The notes under the pieces were generated by a model, which saw only the letters and a program-made list of their open reading frames with translations, had not been told where the DNA came from and searched no databases. The position numbers were made by a program, and so were the translations under genes. Below are positions 28,307 through 38,841 of a stretch of DNA of 64,000 nucleotides, piece after piece (the stretch's first letter is position 1; the number at the start of each line of letters is the position of its first letter). The DNA lies in IMG/VR virus record IMGVR_UViG_3300042731_011319, positions 32,001 to 96,000 of that record. One strand, given 5' to 3'. This DNA is from a virus.

Positions 28307-29299
28307 TTAATATCCGTCAGAATCATTACAATTCTGCATTTGATTATAAATCCATTCGTATGTTTTTTCAAGTCCATCTTCAAGAGTAATCGATGGAGCC
28401 CAGCCAAGAACTTCTTTGATCATAGTATTGTCACTATTGCGGCCACGAACCCCCTGGGGTGCATCCAGATTATAGTTGCGTTTTAATTTAAGCCCAGCAA
28501 TACCTTCAACAATATCAACAAGTTGATTGATTGAAACCATACGGTCGCTTCCAAGATTCAATGGGCGGGAGTCTCCCTTGTTCCACATTAGTTCCATGCC
28601 AGTAATGCAATCATCAATAAACATAAAAGAACGGGTCTGTTCGCCGTCTCCCCAAATTTCGATTTCATGCTTACCACTCATTTTAGCCTCAATAACTTTA
28701 CGGCAGATTGCAGCAGGAGCTTTCTCTCTACCACCTCTCCATGTGCCGAAAGGTCCATAAACGTTATGGTAACGACAGGTGCGAGAATCAATATCAAAAT
28801 CTTTTCCGTAATAGTAGGTGATGAGTTCGCTAAATAACTTCTCCCATCCATAACCATCGTCTGGATTAGCTGGAAATACATCAGATTCTTTGAGGGCTTG
28901 AGACTCTTGGTCTTTAATTTCAGACTGAATTGCAGCAGGATAAACACAAGCAGTAGAGCTATAAAGAACTTCTTTTACTCCATTATCTCGTGCAGCCATC
29001 ATCATATGAGTCTGGATAAGTACATTTTCCATACAAAGGGCTTGGTTGTGCTCGACGAAACCCATGCCGCCCATATTACAAGCAAGGTTATAAATTCGGT
29101 CAACTCCAACACTTAGCTTATAGCAATGATTTTTTTCTTGGAGGTTACAATCAGGATGATTTTCGGCCGCGTCAAATGTCTGATACCACATATCTGCGGG
29201 CTTAATATCGGCCGCAATAACTTCGTGCCCTTGGGCCAATAAATCTTTAACTAAATAACCAGCAATAAAGCCGCCTGCTCCTCCAACTAGTATTTTCAT
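28307..29299 (-). CDS. GDP-mannose 3,5-epimerase-like extended SDR
   Basis: GAGGFIA, NLA.NMGGMGF, S.ACVYP, YGWEK, GGREKAPAA.CRK, GVRGRNSDN. Confidence 0.88.
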   Translation of the reverse strand: MKILVGGAGGFIAGYLVKDLLAQGHEVIAADIKPADMWYQTFDAAENHPDCNLQEKNHCYKLSVGVDRIYNLACNMGGMGFVEHNQALCMENVLIQTHMMMAARDNGVKEVLYSSTACVYPAAIQSEIKDQESQALKESDVFPANPDDGYGWEKLFSELITYYYGKDFDIDSRTCRYHNVYGPFGTWRGGREKAPAAICRKVIEAKMSGKHEIEIWGDGEQTRSFMFIDDCITGMELMWNKGDSRPLNLGSDRMVSINQLVDIVEGIAGLKLKRNYNLDAPQGVRGRNSDNTMIKEVLGWAPSITLEDGLEKTYEWIYNQMQNCNDSDGY

Positions 29300-30078
29300 T
29301 TTATATGTTTTTTTATAGTGTCATCGAAATCTTCTAATTCACATTCTGCTTTATAATGGTTAAACCAAATTTCTTCATCATCTTTAAATGATTTAATCTT
29401 AGACCCATGAAACTTAGCACTATGTATTGATAGCCTTTTAATTCTTTCTCGATCAGGAGGATTTATTAGCCATTTTTGTGATCCATCTAGATAAAGACCG
29501 CAATTTGAGTATATATCTCTTACTGATTGATTTCTGATTCTTTGGGTATAGGTTTTACCGTAAAACTCAAAATAATTAAAACCGTTATTGTCTGAAATAA
29601 AATCTTGAATGGAATCGTGATTCCTTAATACCATATATTCGTCTGGGTCTATGTTTAGTATCCATGACTCAGGGCGTTGTAGCATATCCCAATACATTTT
29701 AACTTGACAAGAAGGGTGGCCACTATTATGGTCAACCCCATAAACCCAGGGAACTTCATGTACATTGGGGTACTTTGATATAACTTCGTTAAATTTAGAA
29801 AGTATATCATCATCAGAAAAATCATGGAAATAATCTAAATTAGGCTTGCAGCCCCATACCATTTTTTCTGGAGCAGTTCTTAAGGATTCCCTTCTTTCTA
29901 ATTCTTCTTTTTTTATGTTTTTCCAATACGCGTTTTGGTCAGAAATGGAAGTTAGCCCATTATTATAAATGTATATTGAATTTATGCCCAAGCTTAAATG
30001 GTGATCTATCCATTCTTCTAAAAAGAAAACTTCTTTTCGAAGTAAAATTACTGCGCACAATGTAACTGAGTTATTCAT
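29296..30078 (-). CDS. GT-A glycosyltransferase (GT92/GT2-like)
   Basis: EWI.HH..LG...IYIY.N; W...ID.DEY. Confidence 0.75.
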   Translation of the reverse strand: MNNSVTLCAVILLRKEVFFLEEWIDHHLSLGINSIYIYNNGLTSISDQNAYWKNIKKEELERRESLRTAPEKMVWGCKPNLDYFHDFSDDDILSKFNEVISKYPNVHEVPWVYGVDHNSGHPSCQVKMYWDMLQRPESWILNIDPDEYMVLRNHDSIQDFISDNNGFNYFEFYGKTYTQRIRNQSVRDIYSNCGLYLDGSQKWLINPPDRERIKRLSIHSAKFHGSKIKSFKDDEEIWFNHYKAECELEDFDDTIKKHIK

Positions 30079-30901
30079 CTTTTATATTTTCTACCCAATA
30101 ATTAAAGTCTAATGTTTTATAATAAGGTTTTATTTTTTTAGATAATATATTATACTGTTCATTTAAGAAATTTTCAGTAATTTTTTGATAATCTTTTTGG
30201 TGATCTAAGAATAAAATTGGCAATTCAGAGTGATCAAATTGATTATACATGGGATCTTTTATAACGATAGGTATGGCTCCACAATAAAGGGTGTCATAGA
30301 ATCTAAACGAATCAGGCGCTGTACCCCTGGGGCATATAACAAACTTACTCCTTCTTAATTTAATAAAAAAATCTTCATTAGACATAAACCAAGAGCGCTT
30401 TGAGCCATTAAGACCTCTTAGGCCAATATTTTCCAGGGTATAAATGGGGTTGTCTTTTATAAATAAATAAATAGCCTTTCGGATCCAGCTTGTATTTAAT
30501 GAAAAGTTGCCGTAAACTAAAATATCGCGATCCCTCTTTTGAGTACTTTTGTGAAAACAATCTCTTGCCCTAAAATCTCTGCCCATTGGAAGAAACTTAA
30601 TAATGTCGTGAGTATAGTCGACATTATTGCAATAAATTTTTTTAATGTTATCAGGTATGTCTATATCTTTACTTAAGCAGCGATCTGTTTTGCCGCAAAT
30701 AATTGAGTAAATAAATGGTTTTTTAGATATAGGTTCAAAATATTCAAGTATCTTTTGAGGGTTAAAGGTATGCCTATGGCTGCCAATAAAAATAATAGAA
30801 TCTTGGTTTGGTATATCTTTGGCAGAGTTAACGGTAATAATACCGTTTTTTTTAAAAAAGGTTTCGTTAAATAAAAGCAGTATATCTTCCATTGGAAGCA
30901 T
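30071..30901 (-). CDS. exostosin-like glycosyltransferase (GT47)
   Basis: SKF.ICP.G...D.FR.Y.L..GAIPI. Confidence 0.8.
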   Translation of the reverse strand: MLPMEDILLLFNETFFKKNGIITVNSAKDIPNQDSIIFIGSHRHTFNPQKILEYFEPISKKPFIYSIICGKTDRCLSKDIDIPDNIKKIYCNNVDYTHDIIKFLPMGRDFRARDCFHKSTQKRDRDILVYGNFSLNTSWIRKAIYLFIKDNPIYTLENIGLRGLNGSKRSWFMSNEDFFIKLRRSKFVICPRGTAPDSFRFYDTLYCGAIPIVIKDPMYNQFDHSELPILFLDHQKDYQKITENFLNEQYNILSKKIKPYYKTLDFNYWVENIKDE

Positions 30902-31479
30902 TACTTTTTTTGAATGCAGAATTGATCTTGCTGGTTGTCGAAATCCTCTATTTCGTCGAAACGGTCTTCGAGGAAACTATCAACTGCGGGCACTACACCG
31001 AAATCTAATAATCTTACTTGAGTATCACCGTCGATATATGCATTACCGCATAAAAACCCTTGAGGCTTTAATTTAGTCCACCAGATGTCAAGGTCTTGGC
31101 TTACAAAAGAATAGGAATGGTTAGCATCCAAGTATATCCAATCTAGTGATTCGTCTTCAAATTGATGAAGCGCATCAACAGAATATTTTTTGATGATATT
31201 TACCTTTGGCTCTGTAGAAAATCTAGAGGAAACTTCTTTGAAAATTTCGTCCATATCATCTTGTGGAATAGCATGCCATCTAGCAGGAATATCCATAATA
31301 CTATCCCAAGGATCAATTAGATTTAATTCTGAAGGGGATTGATCTAAGATACAAGATGAGAAATCGCCTTTGAATACTCCTACTTCCACACATTTGGAGT
31401 TAGGAGTAATTAGTTCTAATAAGGACTTTCGGCCGCTAGATAATTCAAAATAATAAGGAAGTGGAAATTGATCTGTCAT
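30901..31479 (-). CDS. class I SAM methyltransferase
   Basis: EVGV..G, D.W, D.IY.DA.H.Y..V..D...W..KL...G. Confidence 0.88.
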   Translation of the reverse strand: MTDQFPLPYYFELSSGRKSLLELITPNSKCVEVGVFKGDFSSCILDQSPSELNLIDPWDSIMDIPARWHAIPQDDMDEIFKEVSSRFSTEPKVNIIKKYSVDALHQFEDESLDWIYLDANHSYSFVSQDLDIWWTKLKPQGFLCGNAYIDGDTQVRLLDFGVVPAVDSFLEDRFDEIEDFDNQQDQFCIQKK

Positions 31480-31482
31480 TGG

Positions 31483-32070
31483 TTAAAATTGGTAATTATA
31501 TTTATTAATATCCCCTTGATATATATTATACACAGCTCTTTTACTATCTTCCATATATAATTTTCTATAGTCTGAATTATTTGTTGAGTTAATTTTACGA
31601 AGATTAGTTCTTGGTAGTTGAAGTTTTTTTAAAATGTATGCATAGTCTTCTTGAATGTTTTCAAATCTAGCAAGATAATCAATATTAGAATCAAGGAAAT
31701 AATCATAAGCTTGAAAATGGATGCCAGATTGAAAAGAACCCTCTTCCCGTTTCATTAGTTTCATGAAGTCAGGGATATGATTGACGAATTCATTAAAATC
31801 CATTTCGTTTGCAGCATCTGATATAATGCTATTTCTTTTATACCAATGATGTCCTGGTTTTAGTTTGCGAAAATATTTATACGCCGAAACTACCCGATCA
31901 TATGGATTGCGAATAAAAGTAAACGAAAAATAATTAGAATGTTCAGAGTGATAAGACATTGGGGAATGACCAGAAAACCCAAGCGACTCTAAGTTAAGCT
32001 GTTGATTAATTGAACTGCCAGCGCACTTTGGTATGTGGATGAAAATACATTTGTGTTTGTGATTTATCAT
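31483..32070 (-). CDS. carbohydrate sulfotransferase (Sulfotransfer_2)
   Basis: FIHIPKCAGSS and RNPYDRVVSAY PAPS-binding motifs. Confidence 0.9.
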   Translation of the reverse strand: MINHKHKCIFIHIPKCAGSSINQQLNLESLGFSGHSPMSYHSEHSNYFSFTFIRNPYDRVVSAYKYFRKLKPGHHWYKRNSIISDAANEMDFNEFVNHIPDFMKLMKREEGSFQSGIHFQAYDYFLDSNIDYLARFENIQEDYAYILKKLQLPRTNLRKINSTNNSDYRKLYMEDSKRAVYNIYQGDINKYNYQF

Positions 32071-32104
32071 ATTAAATTTAAAGTAGTTGTTAAAAAAAGA
32101 AAAT

Positions 32105-32923
32105 CTAAACCTTTATCCATTTTTCTGGCCTCAAGTCTTTTGCGTTATCTAGTCCTAATTTATAGTTATCAAGTTTAAGATTCGAGCCAAACCATATTTG
32201 CGGACATATGACAATTTGATCGGAGTGAGTATTTAACCATGCTCCCCACCATGAAAACGATGAGTTTGCTATTATATTATAGTTACACAAAGACATCAAC
32301 CACATATCTATATAATCTTTATTGCCCTCCATAAAAATAAATCTATCCCCTTTAAAATTTTCTTTGCACCATGGTATATCATCAGAAAAAATCAAGAATT
32401 TAACTCCGTCCCCAATCAAGCTAATCGATTCTAAATAATACTCTAAACCACATACTGGATGTTGATCAGATAATGTTAAATAATCGCCCCGCCTAACATG
32501 TATTGAGCATGTAAAATCATTTAAGAATCTACCGTACTTGCTAGTGATAATATCCATGCTGCTCTCATCGATGCTAAATAAAGATATTATGTCATCTCTG
32601 TTATGAGCGAAATATCTTTCGCTTTGGAAATACCCTGACAACTTAAGATTGGGCTCATAAGGTATCTTAGCATACTCGAACGCAGGTTCTTGATAAATAG
32701 TAGCCGTAGTAAAATCATCGGAAAACACAACATTTCGTAATATATTCTCTTTGTAGCTACTAATAGCGCCATGTGGCGAAAAAACATCATTCGGGTCAAA
32801 CGCGCAGTTATCATCATTATCTAGAGCCATAGAAAAGGCCGCAGATATTTGAAACATATAATTCCCCAAACCTCCCATTAGCGATGTTGTTATCATTTTT
32901 ATATTTAGAATAGATTTGTACAT
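32105..32923 (-). CDS. alpha-1,2-fucosyltransferase (GT11)
   Basis: GGLGN.MFQ, GYFQS, HVRRGDY, FSDD, NSSFSWW.A. Confidence 0.93.
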   Translation of the reverse strand: MYKSILNIKMITTSLMGGLGNYMFQISAAFSMALDNDDNCAFDPNDVFSPHGAISSYKENILRNVVFSDDFTTATIYQEPAFEYAKIPYEPNLKLSGYFQSERYFAHNRDDIISLFSIDESSMDIITSKYGRFLNDFTCSIHVRRGDYLTLSDQHPVCGLEYYLESISLIGDGVKFLIFSDDIPWCKENFKGDRFIFMEGNKDYIDMWLMSLCNYNIIANSSFSWWGAWLNTHSDQIVICPQIWFGSNLKLDNYKLGLDNAKDLRPEKWIKV

Positions 32924-33633
32924 GCGGCGCCATACCCGCGAGCGTATTCAAAAAATAAATCTTTATTATCTTTATAAATATGCGTCCACAGAACTTGATC
33001 TGTCCAGATATTATTTCTATCCACTAATTTATCAAGGTATTGTTTATATAAAACAGCAAATTTATTTATCATATTTTTATGAATTACGAATGATGTGCCA
33101 GCTATATGTTGGTAATAGTTATCGCGTTTAACTTCTTGCTCAATATAATCTTTGCTAGAAGAATATATTAACTTGTCTTTTGGTAAATTATTCAATTTAC
33201 CAATATTTGGAAAAGGAACAGAAGGAGGAGGTTCCGTGCGGTAATTACATATACCTGCATCTACCCATGCAAAAAAATCTGACGAAAAAGGATTTATTTT
33301 CGAAGCCCGTTCAATCATGAAAATTTTTTCATTCCATATTAAATTCAATTCTACAGAAGGACAATGAGTCGCATCTGTAATCATTTTATTTTTGTATTTA
33401 TATGTTGTAAATTCTTCAATATCAAACTCTATATAATACGTAGGCAATTCTTTCCTGTATTTTTTTGCTAATTTAATACTTTCTTTATCCCCAAAAAACG
33501 CATAAGGGCAATTAATTTTTAAGGTATTTTTAAACCAATTATTATATTTAATATCGTGTTTGTTTTTAACAGCCCAATATCCAGATACACAAGTTAATTT
33601 TGAATTATTCATACTCGTGTAAGTTTTTTCCAA
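32905..33633 (-). CDS. HtrL/YibB-like glycosyltransferase
   Basis: K.....A...NPF....F.W.DAG; DQ. Confidence 0.75.
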   Translation of the reverse strand: MEKTYTSMNNSKLTCVSGYWAVKNKHDIKYNNWFKNTLKINCPYAFFGDKESIKLAKKYRKELPTYYIEFDIEEFTTYKYKNKMITDATHCPSVELNLIWNEKIFMIERASKINPFSSDFFAWVDAGICNYRTEPPPSVPFPNIGKLNNLPKDKLIYSSSKDYIEQEVKRDNYYQHIAGTSFVIHKNMINKFAVLYKQYLDKLVDRNNIWTDQVLWTHIYKDNKDLFFEYARGYGAACTNLF

Positions 33634-34376
33634 TCAACTTTGCCCTCAGTTGAGTTATTGAATATAAGACTTCCATATTCTGAATCAGAATCTTCTAGAC
33701 TTTTAGCGCCGCAATAGTTTAAAAAATCTTGTTTGTAAGCGGCGCCATTAAGCGAATCGAATACTGGAGGTCTCATAAGTATTTGGTCAATGTGGTCATT
33801 CCATGGCAATTGCTTTAATATTTTAGACACAGAATTAATATGAAAAGCTTGAGCAACTGTACCCCACGATGGCATCAGTTTATAAAAACCGTCAGATATA
33901 TGCCTCGATTCATCAAATTGCAATTCAGGTGAAAACTCTATAATTTTCCCGTTGATATTTTCTTTACCTGTTGTTATAAAAAATTTAACAAAATCTAAAT
34001 CTAGTTCAGATGCCTTGTTTAATATGGAAGAAAATACAGAAGTGGCGCCCCCTATTTTAATTTCAACATCATCTTCTATAACAAGAAGCCAAGAAGGAAA
34101 GTCGGGATAAAAATTATAATTAAGATGGTAATCTTTCAACAATTTAACATAAGACAAATTACATCCCAGTTTGCCAGGAAGCCATTTCCACTTATCAATA
34201 TATTGATGGGTATGATAATTATTTTTTCTATCAATTGATTCAAAATGGCTGTAATGATCAATAGCATTTACCGCGTCAAATAATTCTAAATTATCTAAAT
34301 TTAATTTAGCCTGATTGAAATTGATAAGACGATTGTGATCTTTAGTAAAAGTGATCATGTAAGATTTAAAATTCAT
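33609..34376 (-). CDS. GT25-like glycosyltransferase
   Basis: R....F.AV, GC.LS, EDD. Confidence 0.75.
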   Translation of the reverse strand: MNFKSYMITFTKDHNRLINFNQAKLNLDNLELFDAVNAIDHYSHFESIDRKNNYHTHQYIDKWKWLPGKLGCNLSYVKLLKDYHLNYNFYPDFPSWLLVIEDDVEIKIGGATSVFSSILNKASELDLDFVKFFITTGKENINGKIIEFSPELQFDESRHISDGFYKLMPSWGTVAQAFHINSVSKILKQLPWNDHIDQILMRPPVFDSLNGAAYKQDFLNYCGAKSLEDSDSEYGSLIFNNSTEGKVDWKKLTRV

Positions 34377-34377
34377 T

Positions 34378-35187
34378 CTAATGTATTTTTTGGGCAGTCT
34401 TTATGACCATAAAGGGATTATTTTTTGTTTTGTGCTGATCTAGATCGAGTGTTTTTGAGATGTAATCAAAAAACGGATAATGGCCTGCACCAATAGCCCT
34501 ATCTTGAGCGGTTTGAGCTTGTACTTCTAATATTTTAGTGCCTGGTTCGCAAAAAAATAAATTACTCATGCATGCTCCGTGTGCGCATATAATAAATTTA
34601 GCTTGATTGAATAAAAAAACCTGCATCCGAAAAGGCATTTCTTCGAGAACAACAGAGCGCATCCGACTTCCGTATATATTTTTTAATTTTTCTTCAACTT
34701 TATCTACCCCTAATATTTCTCGTCTTTCTTTTCCGTTAGTTTGATTGGGGTTCGCTAGTTTTAATTCTTCGTCACTTATTAGTTCGGTAGGCTCTCCCCT
34801 TTTGATTAATAATATTTCAGGGGCCGAACAATAAAGCTTGTTCATTTCATCAACCAAGGCTTTGATATCTAAGCGGTTGAATATAAATTTTCTGAAAGAT
34901 TCAAAATTAGCAAAGTCATTTTCGCCTTCCTTCCTCTGGCAAACAACATGTTCATAATCAAGAGAATCAAAGGAGTCTAGTGCTAATTCGTGATTTTTCG
35001 CTCCAGAAATTTCTTCGTAAAAAGATGCGAAGTTTCCTAATGTCTGATGGATGCTTTTTAATCTGAAGACATCGGTATAATCAAAAACTCCAGATAAAAA
35101 TTCAGGATATAAACAATCACAAATAAAATGTGCATAGTGGAATAAATTCCCGCCAGTACGCTCATTAGTAACTTTGATAGGTTTCAT
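34378..35187 (-). CDS. GT61-like glycosyltransferase
   Basis: N.FH, R, LE.M....Q..LF..A..I...HGA...N..F. Confidence 0.8.
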   Translation of the reverse strand: MKPIKVTNERTGGNLFHYAHFICDCLYPEFLSGVFDYTDVFRLKSIHQTLGNFASFYEEISGAKNHELALDSFDSLDYEHVVCQRKEGENDFANFESFRKFIFNRLDIKALVDEMNKLYCSAPEILLIKRGEPTELISDEELKLANPNQTNGKERREILGVDKVEEKLKNIYGSRMRSVVLEEMPFRMQVFLFNQAKFIICAHGACMSNLFFCEPGTKILEVQAQTAQDRAIGAGHYPFFDYISKTLDLDQHKTKNNPFMVIKTAQKIH

Positions 35188-35192
35188 TTCTT

Positions 35193-35996
35193 TTAATTAC
35201 ACTTCTTGGGGGTTTCCCATGAATGCTTGTATACAAATTTTCTTTTGCTCATTGTTATTGCATTATAAACGCTTGAGTTCTTAAAATCAACAGAAGTAGG
35301 GTCGGGAAATGAATCCATGAAAAATTTAGTTAATTTCACGACATAGGGAGGAGTATTTAAAAATATATCTGACCTGAATTTATTATCGTTAAGCCAATCT
35401 GGTGATTCAGCCCTGGAACCATATTCAGAATTCATGTCTAAACCTTTTGCATAGCAACAATTGACCCATTCATCTCTAAATTTATTATCAGTAAAAAATA
35501 AATCTTTAAAAATAGAATTCATCCATAAGAAGGTGTGCATTTTTTGCATTTTACTCCAATAAATATCACATCCCTCTTTCCATTTGTTGATGATGTAGGA
35601 AGATTTTTCTGACAGTATGAACCAGCTAGCACACCCTATGAAGTCAGTTTTTGGGTCTATGCATGCATGATACATCCATATACCTGAATGAGACACGGCT
35701 TCTTGAGCCCAGTGATCCAAGGGCTGCATGCAAAGCAAGGAAGCGTCAGCCCATATACCCCCGTGATTTTTTAATAAAGATAAGCGTATGATATCGCTTT
35801 TAGCAGGCTTTCTTATATCTTTACTTTTGTCATAAATATAATCTATGTCATCAACATGATCTTTTAAATTATTGAAATCTATATAATGAATTTTCCAATC
35901 TGGGTTATTGATTTCCCAGGATTCAGACACTTCGCGATATAACCATGGAGCATTGTCCCATCCTTGCAGACATAGTAAGAAAATATTTTTGTTCAT
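35193..35996 (-). CDS. capsular polysaccharide synthesis / GT32-like DxD transferase
   Basis: SW...NPDW, SD..RL.LL...GGIW.DA. Confidence 0.85.
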   Translation of the reverse strand: MNKNIFLLCLQGWDNAPWLYREVSESWEINNPDWKIHYIDFNNLKDHVDDIDYIYDKSKDIRKPAKSDIIRLSLLKNHGGIWADASLLCMQPLDHWAQEAVSHSGIWMYHACIDPKTDFIGCASWFILSEKSSYIINKWKEGCDIYWSKMQKMHTFLWMNSIFKDLFFTDNKFRDEWVNCCYAKGLDMNSEYGSRAESPDWLNDNKFRSDIFLNTPPYVVKLTKFFMDSFPDPTSVDFKNSSVYNAITMSKRKFVYKHSWETPKKCN

Positions 35997-36649
35997 TTAT
36001 TAATGTTGAATTTTAAAATAGTCTTACCTTGCCAGGGATCAATTTCTGATGGAACAATATCAAACTTAAATAAATATTTTGCCACTGCAAGGTCTTCGTA
36101 TATATCATTGTATCTAACTTGATTAAGCCCAGTAAAACCTTTCCATTTGTTTAATGCATGCGAGCTTAGAAAATAAGTAGTACCGCCATCAATCCAGTCT
36201 ATGTACTCTCCATCGTATCGCTTGTTGTACCAAGGGGAATCTTCTTTTACTCTGCCAATGTGCCAGCCTCTTTTACCACCTTTATGTCTAGGCTTAAGTT
36301 TAAAGCCGCAATAATGATGGTTCTTTAATTCATTATATAGATTTGCTTCGCGATGAACGTTCCATTTAATGAAGTCTATGTCGTCATCTATTTTCCAGAA
36401 ATAATCATAAAGGTCTGCATATCCACGGTTAGATAGATAAGTGTAAATCGCAAACATTTTCTCTGGAAGGTCTTCGTATAGATCCCTGCATTTTAATTGA
36501 ATGACATTTTCTTCTAATTCTTTTTCTTCTTCGCCGCCAACAAAAATTAAATAATCGCCAAGGTGCCATTTATTAACACGAGCTTTTATTTCTTCTACTC
36601 TGTGGATATATTTATGGCAACATACAAAAACTTTTAGAATTTTTTTCAT
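35993..36649 (-). CDS. GT31-like galactosyltransferase
   Basis: D.YE.L..K, K.DDD, GG..Y.LS, ED..V. Confidence 0.8.
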   Translation of the reverse strand: MKKILKVFVCCHKYIHRVEEIKARVNKWHLGDYLIFVGGEEEKELEENVIQLKCRDLYEDLPEKMFAIYTYLSNRGYADLYDYFWKIDDDIDFIKWNVHREANLYNELKNHHYCGFKLKPRHKGGKRGWHIGRVKEDSPWYNKRYDGEYIDWIDGGTTYFLSSHALNKWKGFTGLNQVRYNDIYEDLAVAKYLFKFDIVPSEIDPWQGKTILKFNINK

Positions 36650-36708
36650 TAAAATAAAATTTCCCTCTTTAAATGATTTGTTTTAACCTTACTTGATTTA
36701 ATATGATT

Positions 36709-37317
36709 TTATGACCATTTTTTGTAATTCATGAATTTAAAATCATTTGCATAAACATGCTCCAATATATTTAAAGACTCTTTGCTTAAAATTTGATCCT
36801 TGTCTTTGTTGCCCCCTTGGTTCTTATGAGGTATATCTGTTTCGATTCCAAGCGTAGATAGAACTTTAGGCAGTTCATTGCTGATGTTTTCTAACCTAAT
36901 CAGGTTATCGACAAGAAGGTTGTTGCGAAAATAAAAGCAATTCCATTGAAGCTGAAAATGTAAATCTATCTTGTTTGGATTGGAGGTCTTTGTTAAATTT
37001 TTACATACAAAATCATTTATATCAGAGCATGGATCTATTCTCTTTTTTTTTGAAAGATAAAAATAAGCCGAAATGAATTTGTCAATAGGGTGCCTAGATA
37101 TTCCAAATGTTGTTAGGTTCGACCATTCTTTGGGGTTTAGATAAATGTCGGCAAGTTTCATCCATTCTTTTTTATCATCTTTTTTGACAACAGCCCTATC
37201 TTTGAGAATATTTCTGGTAATGCTGGTTTGAGCTGCTTTATTAATAGGAATGTAGGCGAACTGGCCAAGCCTGTCAAAAATAACAGGATTGGGAAGCTTG
37301 AAAAGATATTCGAACTT
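36709..37317 (-). CDS. carbohydrate sulfotransferase (Sulfotransfer_2)
   Basis: I.KAA.TS, RHP.D.F.S.Y, HF..Q, Y..D; exact start uncertain (ORF track gives 37338). Confidence 0.85.
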   Translation of the reverse strand, partial: KFEYLFKLPNPVIFDRLGQFAYIPINKAAQTSITRNILKDRAVVKKDDKKEWMKLADIYLNPKEWSNLTTFGISRHPIDKFISAYFYLSKKKRIDPCSDINDFVCKNLTKTSNPNKIDLHFQLQWNCFYFRNNLLVDNLIRLENISNELPKVLSTLGIETDIPHKNQGGNKDKDQILSKESLNILEHVYANDFKFMNYKKWS

Positions 37318-38113
37318 ATCCATGTTTAAAAATTTCAAGGAAAGCTTTATTTTTCGCCTCGAATTCTGATAGTCCAGATGAAATTAAAGACCATTTTTTA
37401 CTAAAATAAGTCTTACCTAAATGAGATGTAAACTTTTTCGGTTTTTTATCATGATCTAAATGGAAACCAATAGAGTCAAAAGAAAATTTAATAGATTTAC
37501 CTCTTATTAAAAATCTTCTGGCAATATCAAAATCTTCCCCTCCCCATCCTCGAAAATTTTCATCTAACCCATCAACCTCTAAGAAGTCGTTTTTTTTACA
37601 AGACCAATTTCCTCCATGCATTCTCTTGGCTACAGTATTCTTGCCGTCAAAAATATAAGGCCTTTCTTTTTTTTCAATAAACCTGGCTCTTCTATCTTTA
37701 GTCGCTAAAGACAATATAGAATTAAAATCATTTTTAATCACATCACTTGTAATCAGGGAGACTTTATCCGTAGGGATAGAAGGGTATAAGCCAGCAACTA
37801 CATCATCGTTAAATTTCAAATGAGATGCTATGTGATTTGGGGACCAAATTATATCAGAATTACCAAAGATAAATCTATCTCCAGATGCTAGTTCTGCGCC
37901 CCGATTCCATATATACGCAAGTCTATACCCTTTGTTTGGACGACTAAAATACTTTATGCCTTCTTTTTCTAAGTATTCTATTGTTCCATCTGTTGAGCCA
38001 TCGTCTGCTATAATAATCTCAAAGTCTTTTTCTGTTTGGTATTTTAAACTTTCAATACTTAACTTTAGTGCAGATAAATTATTGTAGGACGATAATATTA
38101 AAGACGCTTGCAT
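37316..38113 (-). CDS. GT2 glycosyltransferase with GT7-like C-terminal motif
   Basis: YN, DDGSTDGT, N.G, G.DE.F.GWGGED. Confidence 0.9.
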   Translation of the reverse strand: MQASLILSSYNNLSALKLSIESLKYQTEKDFEIIIADDGSTDGTIEYLEKEGIKYFSRPNKGYRLAYIWNRGAELASGDRFIFGNSDIIWSPNHIASHLKFNDDVVAGLYPSIPTDKVSLITSDVIKNDFNSILSLATKDRRARFIEKKERPYIFDGKNTVAKRMHGGNWSCKKNDFLEVDGLDENFRGWGGEDFDIARRFLIRGKSIKFSFDSIGFHLDHDKKPKKFTSHLGKTYFSKKWSLISSGLSEFEAKNKAFLEIFKHG

Positions 38114-38121
38114 TTTGATTC

Positions 38122-38841
38122 TTAAAGATCAGTAGGTTTTTTATTGATTGACGACAAGTATTCAATCATATCTTTTTTATTTGGTCTTTTGTAAGTATGA
38201 CAATAAAAGTTTTCAAGATACATGTCGTTTCTACCGACAAAGCTATGAGTTGATTTTTCGTCTACTTGAACCATATTATTAATTGTTTTTTTTATTTTTT
38301 CATCAGAATCGTATAGTTCTGATATAACAGAAAAAACGGCATGGTATTCAAAGTCCTTATTCCGATCAAACATAAACCTTTTCTGAAAATTTTCTCGCCA
38401 CCGTTGTATAATGTAGGAATCTTTATTCGGACTCAAAAGAAAAAAACTAGCAATTTCTTTGGGGCCCGCATCGTTGATAAGTCTCGGCATGTACCTATAT
38501 GCAAAGAAGCCTTCTTCATTAAGATAATCTTTTGCGATATCATTCATGCCAGTAATTGGATATAAGCTAGCATCAGCCCAAACACCCCCATATCTTTCGA
38601 GTAAAAGAAGTCTTAATAGGTCTGACTTATGGGACAAGCGAGCCCTATAAGGAGAATTTTCAAGGATGTCAAAAAAATCAGGCACATAAAATTTAACATT
38701 CTTAAAAGAAATAATATTTACCTCCCAATCTTTATTTAAATTTTTCCATCTTTCTATACATTCGCGGTTTAACTCTGGGATCTTTGGGGATTTCTCCCCT
38801 TGAAACCAGCACATCCATATTGTCTTATTCATAACTAACAC
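38122..38841 (-). CDS. capsular polysaccharide synthesis / GT32-like transferase
   Basis: IW.CWFQG, SDLLR..LL..YGGVW.DA. Confidence 0.88.
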   Translation of the reverse strand: MLVMNKTIWMCWFQGEKSPKIPELNRECIERWKNLNKDWEVNIISFKNVKFYVPDFFDILENSPYRARLSHKSDLLRLLLLERYGGVWADASLYPITGMNDIAKDYLNEEGFFAYRYMPRLINDAGPKEIASFFLLSPNKDSYIIQRWRENFQKRFMFDRNKDFEYHAVFSVISELYDSDEKIKKTINNMVQVDEKSTHSFVGRNDMYLENFYCHTYKRPNKKDMIEYLSSINKKPTDL